The notes below the pieces were generated by a model. That model saw nothing but the letters and a program-made list of their open reading frames with translations. It ran no database searches and had not been told where the DNA came from. From an uncultured Phocaeicola sp. (GTDB lineage: Bacteria > Bacteroidota > Bacteroidia > Bacteroidales > Bacteroidaceae), in the NCBI GenBank assembly GCA_964611375.1, contig CAZSYY010000006.1:12-64011 (forward strand): a stretch of 64,000 nt of DNA, given 5' to 3'. Below, one piece after another: positions 57,419-64,000 of this stretch (position 1 is its first letter; every line of letters starts with the position of its first letter). A program made the position numbers and the translations under genes.

Positions 57419-58332
57419 GAATACTTACTTGTCACACAGGAACTGCAAGGATGTGTTTGTCTGTCGTGCTTTGTATGGCAGGCATACTGCAACCTTCTGC
57501 CCAAAACGAGAAAGAGACGGAGCTGCAGCTCAACAAGGATGCCGTAAAGATGATTCTTTTCGACTTCAGCGGCAATCCCTCCGAACAGGAATCTCCACGG
57601 CAGGCACCGATTGAAAAGAAATGGATGAACTTCAAGGAGGATCTCCGTATGCCAAGAAACATGACCGACACGGCCAGACTGTGGAAGCCAGGCGATTATT
57701 TCCGATTTGAGCCATACACCATCTGGACCAGGTTTGGAGAAGATCCCATTTATGACAAGTTGGTTATGGGACGCCCCAAGAAACTGGAATTCAGTTGGGA
57801 GCTCAATCCCAATGCAACGCATTATGACAAGGATTACGGCAGGAGCATCACGCCATCAACGGGCAGAATGAACAGGAGCGCAACGGGTAGTGCAGGTGTA
57901 GGAGCAACAATAGGCGGTCTTGACTTCATCGGATTCATCTACCATAACTTCACCAGACACGGGCGGATGCTGGCATACAACCGCAAACATTCCGATGTAT
58001 GGAAAAACTACAAGGACTACAAGCCGACCAAAGAAGACAGCATGAAGGTGCCAAATTTCTACCGCAGACTATCCCTGCCTGTCCATGTTTCGAACGACAC
58101 TGACAGCGTCACTCCCCCTCCCATGCAGGCCGATACGGTTGTACAGATGAAAGGTACGGAGACGAACGAACCTTCATCTGTAGAAAATGAAGACAACCTT
58201 TATGAGCTTATTCGTCTCAAGCAGAGAGAAGACTCCATACGTTCACGGGAAAAACCCAGAAAAGACAATGCCAACACCAATCCCTACGACATACAACGCC
58301 AGATATGGCGTCTTCGCGAGATGAGCAACTGA
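57415..58332 (+). CDS. Exported Bacteroidales hypothetical protein (DUF4858-like)
   Basis: Signal-peptide-like N-terminus; ATGA overlap with the NlpC/P60 gene; family call from memory. Confidence 0.6.
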   Translation: MRILTCHTGTARMCLSVVLCMAGILQPSAQNEKETELQLNKDAVKMILFDFSGNPSEQESPRQAPIEKKWMNFKEDLRMPRNMTDTARLWKPGDYFRFEPYTIWTRFGEDPIYDKLVMGRPKKLEFSWELNPNATHYDKDYGRSITPSTGRMNRSATGSAGVGATIGGLDFIGFIYHNFTRHGRMLAYNRKHSDVWKNYKDYKPTKEDSMKVPNFYRRLSLPVHVSNDTDSVTPPPMQADTVVQMKGTETNEPSSVENEDNLYELIRLKQREDSIRSREKPRKDNANTNPYDIQRQIWRLREMSN

Positions 58333-58356
58333 CGGTATTATCTGTAATGTGACACG

Positions 58357-59124
58357 TTACGTGTTCCGTTCGTCACTGCCGTCCGTCGGTTCCGGCAACA
58401 AATCGGTTTGGATGTTGTTCATGCTTCCCCAAAGACTGTACCTTGCTTCCGGATTCATCTTCTCCAGCCGGTGAAGGATCTCTTTCATATCCGAGCGGTG
58501 TGAATCATGTTCATAGGGACAATTCTTTATCTGCTTGCGGTAGCCTTTCAGATCAGCCAGCTCTTTTAGGTCGGCTTCATGCACCATGCACATCGGCCGG
58601 ATGACGGTCATGTCGAATTTCCGCATCACCAGACGCGGGGGCATCGTACCGAACGCGCCTTGAAACGTCATGTTCATGAGCAGAGTTTCCAGAATGTCGT
58701 CCATGTGATGTCCCAATGCTATTTTGTTACATCCCAACTCCTTTGCAAGCGTAAACAACGTCTTGCGCCGGTTCCATGAACAGAGGAAACAAGGTGATTT
58801 CCGTGTGTCGGAAGATGAATCGAACGATGTTTCCCTGCATACGAAAGGCACTCCCCTATCCTCTGCAAAAGCTTTCAGATAGCTGATATCCGACTCATAG
58901 GCAATGTTCTTCATCACCACATGGGCGGCTATCACGGAAAATTTCGGCTTGTAGATGCGCGATCGCGCCGACAGCAGCTCCAACAGAGCCAAAGAGTCCT
59001 TCCCTCCAGAAAGTCCCACAAGTATCCTGTCACCGTCTTCAATCAGTCCGTACCGGCACACGCCTTTTGAGAACCGCGTCCTGATGCGCCGCATCAATTT
59101 TGCTTCGTCAGTCTGTTTATCCAT
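58357..59124 (-). CDS. ttcA: tRNA 2-thiocytidine biosynthesis TtcA-family PP-loop protein
   Basis: GLSGGKDS, PCFLCS, ALGHHMDD, IRPM, NCPY. Confidence 0.85.
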   Translation of the reverse strand: MDKQTDEAKLMRRIRTRFSKGVCRYGLIEDGDRILVGLSGGKDSLALLELLSARSRIYKPKFSVIAAHVVMKNIAYESDISYLKAFAEDRGVPFVCRETSFDSSSDTRKSPCFLCSWNRRKTLFTLAKELGCNKIALGHHMDDILETLLMNMTFQGAFGTMPPRLVMRKFDMTVIRPMCMVHEADLKELADLKGYRKQIKNCPYEHDSHRSDMKEILHRLEKMNPEARYSLWGSMNNIQTDLLPEPTDGSDERNT

Positions 59125-59249
59125 AATTTCACAAAAACAGACACAAAATTACACTAAAAGAATCACTTTATGAAAAAAATAAAGAAATAGAACAGGCAGA
59201 AAGAGGACATTCAAAAGAAAGATTGTATATTTGAATAAAATTAACTGCA

Positions 59250-60677
59250 ATGACTAAACCAATGAAAAGATATGCAATGACGCTTCTTGCACTCTGCTGT
59301 TGCAGTGGAATGTTTGCGCAGACACTTGCACAAGCAAAGAAATGGTTTGCAGATGGAGAGTTCGAGAAGGCAAAACCGGTATTCAGACGGCTGGCGAAAC
59401 AGGTGCCTTCGAACGCGGGCTACAGTTTCTGGTACGGAGCATGCTGTTACGAAACGGGAGAACTGAAAGAGTCCCTGCCCTATCTTAAGAAAAGTTCCGA
59501 CCGCAAAGTCGTAGACGCCTATCTGTACTTGAGCAGAGCATATTGCGACCTGTACCGTTTTGATGAAGCCATAGAAAACATAAAAAACCACATTTATTGG
59601 CTGAAACAGAAGAATCGTAACACTTCGTCTGCGGAAAAGCTGATGGAGAAATACCGTATGGGTGCACGCATGCTACGCGGCGTGGAAAACGTGACGATAG
59701 TGGACAGCTTCGTGGTAGACAAGGACGCTTTCATCAATGCCTACAAGCTCAGTAAGGCGACAGGACATATAGGAATGACGGATGACGAGAAAGGCACATA
59801 CTACACCAACGAATGGGAAGACATGATGGTTTTCGCACAAACCGACCAGGAAGGGGAAACGCATCTGTTTTCGTGCGTGAAATTGGGTAACATGTGGGAT
59901 ACCCCACGACCGCTGGACGGAATCGGAACGGAAAGATACGACCAGAACTACCCTTTCGTAGATTCCGACGGAATCACCCTTTATTTTGCTTCTGAAGGAG
60001 ATGAAAGCATAGGCGGATATGACATATTCGTTACACGATATTCCTCAGAAGACGGCAGCTACCTGAAGCCTGACAATATAGGGTTTCCGTTCAATTCACA
60101 GTACAACGACTACATGTATGTCATAGATGACCTGAACGGACTTGGATGGTTCGCTTCTGACCGCTACCAGCCGGAGGGGAAAGTATGTGTTTATGTGTTT
60201 GTCCCCAACACGTCGAAAGTAGTTTACGACTATGATTCCATCGATTCCGAAAAGCTCAGAAGCCTTGCCATGCTGACAAGCATAAGTGACACCCATAATG
60301 ATGCGGACAAACTGCTCGTCGCCAAACAAAGCCTGGCGGAAGCCACATACGGCAACGAACAGAAACAGAAAAATACGGATTTCAAATTCATCGTAAACGA
60401 CAGCCATGTATATCATCTGTTATCCGACTTCCGCTCTGCAGAGGCACAGAAACTGTTCCAGATTCTTCGGCAGAAGAAAAAGGATCTTGCCGCACTCGAA
60501 AAGACATTGTCTGACATGCGCGACAACTATGCCGCATCGTCCGATATCACAGTCAGGGAACGTCTGTCGCCTGCCATCCTTGACCAGGAAAAACGGGTGA
60601 GAGAACTTTGTGAAGAAATCGATGCACTGGTTCTTCAGGTGCGCAATACGGAAATCAAAACATTGGAAAACCTTTAA
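59250..60677 (+). CDS. Exported TPR protein with PD40-like repeats
   Basis: Signal peptide; TPRs; NYPFVDSDGITLYFAS, GGYDIFVT, NIGFPFNS. Confidence 0.8.
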   Translation: MTKPMKRYAMTLLALCCCSGMFAQTLAQAKKWFADGEFEKAKPVFRRLAKQVPSNAGYSFWYGACCYETGELKESLPYLKKSSDRKVVDAYLYLSRAYCDLYRFDEAIENIKNHIYWLKQKNRNTSSAEKLMEKYRMGARMLRGVENVTIVDSFVVDKDAFINAYKLSKATGHIGMTDDEKGTYYTNEWEDMMVFAQTDQEGETHLFSCVKLGNMWDTPRPLDGIGTERYDQNYPFVDSDGITLYFASEGDESIGGYDIFVTRYSSEDGSYLKPDNIGFPFNSQYNDYMYVIDDLNGLGWFASDRYQPEGKVCVYVFVPNTSKVVYDYDSIDSEKLRSLAMLTSISDTHNDADKLLVAKQSLAEATYGNEQKQKNTDFKFIVNDSHVYHLLSDFRSAEAQKLFQILRQKKKDLAALEKTLSDMRDNYAASSDITVRERLSPAILDQEKRVRELCEEIDALVLQVRNTEIKTLENL

Positions 60678-60690
60678 CACCATTTCCTGT

Positions 60691-61158
60691 ATGACTGCTT
60701 TTATCATCATAGCGTTTATTATCGTAGGAGTAATTCTGTTTGCCGTCGAAGTGTTTCTGATACCGGGCATTAGCGTGGCGGGTATCGGAGCTGCACTGTG
60801 CATTCTCTATGCCATATTCCATGCGTTTGCATATGCAGGCGTTACGGCAGGATTCATTGCCGTCGGAGGTTCAGCCATAGGCATTGCTGCCGTTACCATA
60901 TGGTTCATGCGCTCAAAAACAGTCGATCGACTGGCACTGCACAAGACACTCAACTACAGGCCTGATCCGCTCGAAGGACTCGATCTGAAGCCGGGAGACA
61001 CAGGGACATCAACCACACGTCTCACACTTATAGGAAATGCCGACTTCAACGGGAAAATAATTGAGGTTCAGTCGACTGACGGATTCATCGATGAAAAGAC
61101 GACGGTAGAAATAGTACGCATCGCCAATGGCACGGTCTACGTGAAAGCTAAAGCATAA
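60691..61158 (+). CDS. NfeD-like membrane protein
   Basis: EVFLIPG, TM segments, C-terminal OB-like domain; precedes floA. Confidence 0.85.
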   Translation: MTAFIIIAFIIVGVILFAVEVFLIPGISVAGIGAALCILYAIFHAFAYAGVTAGFIAVGGSAIGIAAVTIWFMRSKTVDRLALHKTLNYRPDPLEGLDLKPGDTGTSTTRLTLIGNADFNGKIIEVQSTDGFIDEKTTVEIVRIANGTVYVKAKA

Positions 61159-61196
61159 AGATTCAAAATTCATAACAACCCTAAAAAACAAGTACC

Positions 61197-62192
61197 ATGT
61201 TTAATCTGTCACTCGTACTAATTGCAGTGGGAATCATTATCCTGCTGGCAGTATTTTTCCACTACGTACCTTTTTTTCTTTGGCTCTCGGCCAAAGTGTC
61301 GGGTGTGAGCATTTCATTGATACAACTCTTTCTGATGCGCATCCGAAACGTGCCTCCATACACCATTGTACCTGCGATGATAGAAGCGCACAAAGCCGGA
61401 CTGAGCAACATTACCCGTGATGAACTGGAAGCACACTACATGGCAGGGGGACATGTGGAGAAAGTGGTCCATGCGCTTGTTTCCGCCTCGAAAGCCAACA
61501 TCGAACTGTCGTTTCAGATGGCAACAGGAATCGACCTTGCCGGACGTGACGTGTTTGAAGCAGTACAGATGTCCGTAAATCCGAAAGTAATTGATACGCC
61601 TCCGGTGACAGCCGTTGCCAAAGACGGCATCCAGCTCATAGCTAAAGCTCGGGTGACGGTACGCGCCAACATCCGGCAGTTGGTGGGAGGAGCCGGCGAA
61701 GATACTGTACTGGCACGTGTGGGTGAAGGCATAGTGTCGTCCATCGGTTCTTCGGAAAACCATAAGTCGGTACTTGAAAATCCGGATTCCATATCGAAGC
61801 TCGTACTGCGCAAGGGACTTGATGCCGGGACAGCATTTGAAATACTTTCCATCGACATTGCCGACATCGACATAGGGCGCAACATCGGGGCATCACTACA
61901 GATAGACCAGGCCAATGCCGACAAGAACATAGCTCAGGCAAAGGCGGAAGAAAGACGGGCCATGGCTGTAGCGCTTGAACAGGAAATGAAAGCCAAGGCA
62001 GAGGAAGCGCGTGCCAACGTGATACAGGCAGAAGCCGAAGTGCCCAAAGCGATGGCAGATGCATTCCGAAACGGAAATCTCGGCATAATGGATTATTACC
62101 GTATGAAGAATATTGAGGCCGACACGGACATGCGCAACAGCATTGCCCGACCGGAACGGCATCCGGCAGGAAATGACCCGATAGGCAAATGA
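61197..62192 (+). CDS. floA: Flotillin-like protein FloA (YqfA)
   Basis: [40 protein letters not shown]. Confidence 0.93.
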   Translation: MFNLSLVLIAVGIIILLAVFFHYVPFFLWLSAKVSGVSISLIQLFLMRIRNVPPYTIVPAMIEAHKAGLSNITRDELEAHYMAGGHVEKVVHALVSASKANIELSFQMATGIDLAGRDVFEAVQMSVNPKVIDTPPVTAVAKDGIQLIAKARVTVRANIRQLVGGAGEDTVLARVGEGIVSSIGSSENHKSVLENPDSISKLVLRKGLDAGTAFEILSIDIADIDIGRNIGASLQIDQANADKNIAQAKAEERRAMAVALEQEMKAKAEEARANVIQAEAEVPKAMADAFRNGNLGIMDYYRMKNIEADTDMRNSIARPERHPAGNDPIGK

Positions 62193-62214
62193 CAAAGATA
62201 AAACAAGATTTGTT

Positions 62215-63099
62215 ATGAAAATGAACAGTTATTTTCCACCATCGGAACTTATCATAAATGAGGACGGATCTATATTCCATCTGCACGTAAAGCCGGAACA
62301 ACTGGCCGACAAGGTAATTCTCGTGGGCGATCCTGGGCGTGTAGATCTCGTCACCTCCTATTTCGAGATGAAAGAATGCGACATCATGAACCGGGAATTT
62401 CATACGGTTACGGGACTCTGCAATGGCAAACGAATCACAGTCGTCTCAACCGGCATAGGATGTGACAACATAGACATTGTGGTAAACGAGCTGGACGCTC
62501 TCGCAAACATAGACTTCTGTAAACGGGAAGAAAAAAAACAGCTTCGCCAACTGGAACTCGTGCGTATCGGCACATGCGGAGGACTTCAGGAATATACCCC
62601 TACCGGCACATTCGTCTGTTCGGAAATCTCCATCGGCTTTGATGGACTGCTCAACTTCTATGAAGGGCGCAATGCAATATGCGATCTTCCTATGGAACGC
62701 GCGCTGCTGAACCATCTCGGATGGTCAGGCAACCTCTGCGCTCCGGCTCCCTATGTCGTGCATGCTGACGAAAGTATCGTGGAACGCATTGCAGGAACCG
62801 ATATGGTGAAAGGAATTACAATTGCATGTGGAGGTTTTTTCGGTCCTCAGGGAAGACGCCTGCGCATCCCACTCGCTGATCCGCACCAAAACGAAAAATT
62901 AGAAAGTTTTGAATACAAAGGCAAACGCATCACTAATTTCGAAATGGAAAGTTCGGCTCTTGCCGGTCTCTCACTCCTTCTCGGACATAAGGCGACCACA
63001 GTGTGCATGGTCATCGCCAACCGTGTTGCAAAAAAAGCTGACATCGGCTACAAGAACACCATCGGCACGCTGATAGAGACCGTACTGGAAAGGATATGA
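62215..63099 (+). CDS. Nucleoside (uridine-type) phosphorylase
   Basis: VGDPGRV, REF, STGIG, RIGTCG, GFFGPQGR, NFEMESS. Confidence 0.9.
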   Translation: MKMNSYFPPSELIINEDGSIFHLHVKPEQLADKVILVGDPGRVDLVTSYFEMKECDIMNREFHTVTGLCNGKRITVVSTGIGCDNIDIVVNELDALANIDFCKREEKKQLRQLELVRIGTCGGLQEYTPTGTFVCSEISIGFDGLLNFYEGRNAICDLPMERALLNHLGWSGNLCAPAPYVVHADESIVERIAGTDMVKGITIACGGFFGPQGRRLRIPLADPHQNEKLESFEYKGKRITNFEMESSALAGLSLLLGHKATTVCMVIANRVAKKADIGYKNTIGTLIETVLERI

Positions 63100-63473
63100 A
63101 AGAAGTCATCTATATTTTCCTGGCCGGAGGTGTGGGAAGCGTGCTGCGTTATACCGTACAACTCCTGTTGCACGAATGCATCCATCCCTACCACTTTCCG
63201 TGGGCCACGTTCACGGTCAATGTGACAGGGAGTTTCCTCATAGGCTTTTTCTACGCCCTTTCTGCCCGCCTACATCTCTCGTCAGAAGTACGCCTGTTGC
63301 TTACCACCGGTCTGTGTGGAGGGTTCACAACTTTTTCTACCTTCTGTAACGAAAATCTTACCCTCTTACGCCAAGGACATACCATCACCTTCGTTTTCTA
63401 CACAGGATTGAGTCTGGTGCTGGGGATTGTGGGAGTATGGGCAGGAAGTTTCGCCGGAGAGGGAATAAAATAG
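63096..63473 (+). CDS. crcB: Fluoride channel FluC/CrcB
   Basis: GGVGSVLRY, TFTVNVTGSF, GLCGGFTTFSTF. Confidence 0.95.
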   Translation: MKEVIYIFLAGGVGSVLRYTVQLLLHECIHPYHFPWATFTVNVTGSFLIGFFYALSARLHLSSEVRLLLTTGLCGGFTTFSTFCNENLTLLRQGHTITFVFYTGLSLVLGIVGVWAGSFAGEGIK

Positions 63474-63510
63474 AATGACTTCAATATAGAAGATGAAAAA
63501 CAAAAAATAC

Positions 63511-64000
63511 ATGGAACCAACATTCAAACAAGCATCCGACATTGACAAAGAAGAACGCTACCGCCTCTTCGTGGAGCAACTGTCCGCCCTCATCGAAGGC
63601 GAAACCGATGAAACGGCTCTGTTAGCCAATGCCAGTGCCGCCCTGCATGATGCCTTCGGTTTCTTCTGGGTAGGCTTCTATCTGGTAAAGAATAACGAGC
63701 TCGTGCTCGGCCCCTTCCAGGGAAGCGTGGCCTGTTACCGTATCCGGTGCGGACGGGGTGTATGCGGAACTGCATGGGAGAAAATGCAGACACTGATAGT
63801 TCCCGATGTAGAACAATTTCCCGGACATATAGCCTGCAGTTCGCTCTCGCGCTCCGAGATTGTAGTTCCCATCATAATCGGCAATGAAGTGAAAGGCGTG
63901 CTCGACATAGACTCCGACCAACTCGACTCTTTCGATGAAATCGATCGCAGATTCTTGGAAGAGACCGTAAATATCCTTGCCGACAAACTATATAATAAAA
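63511..64000 (+). CDS. GAF-domain protein, free methionine-R-sulfoxide reductase-like; runs off the window end
   Basis: My own translation (not in the ORF track): WVGFY, LGPFQGSVAC, GVCGTAW, FPGHIACS, SEIVVP, GVLDIDS; no stop before 64000; alternative ATG at 63493. Confidence 0.88.
   Translation, partial: MEPTFKQASDIDKEERYRLFVEQLSALIEGETDETALLANASAALHDAFGFFWVGFYLVKNNELVLGPFQGSVACYRIRCGRGVCGTAWEKMQTLIVPDVEQFPGHIACSSLSRSEIVVPIIIGNEVKGVLDIDSDQLDSFDEIDRRFLEETVNILADKLYNK

Noticed and set aside
1-64000. CRISPR arrays, IS elements, prophage, defence or secretion systems
   Set aside because: No repeat-spacer array, and no transposase, integrase, phage or restriction/defence gene recognised.

Overview
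A 64-kb stretch of Bacteroidales chromosome, probably Bacteroidaceae. Evidence: TAnnTTTG -7 promoters, a primary sigma factor lacking region 1.1, and SusC/SusD genes. It is mostly core genes: nqrA-F, tamB, agmatine deiminase and N-carbamoylputrescine amidase, mntH, rpoD, degP, pulA, ruvC, an ECF sigma/anti-sigma triplet, rnz, a CoA transferase, gcvP, paaK, aspS, trxB, an M16 peptidase, ttcA, floA and fluC. The one accessory block is a starch/alpha-glucan PUL directly downstream of tRNA-Thr(CGT): SusR-like regulator, SusC, SusD, a glycan-binding lipoprotein with a duplicated CBM26-like module, GH13 and GH97. I found no CRISPR array, IS element, integrase, prophage or defence system, and no clearly new multi-gene system. 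The most notable signals are: (i) strong Lys depletion and acidity restricted to predicted surface lipoproteins; (ii) a ~65-nt sRNA that is the reverse complement of a consensus Bacteroidetes start-codon region and can pair with PUL start regions; (iii) a CBM duplication with a gene-conversion-like identity pattern; (iv) a clostripain-family lipoprotein with Met in place of the usual Lys/Arg activation site. Family assignments come from motif recognition, not database searches.
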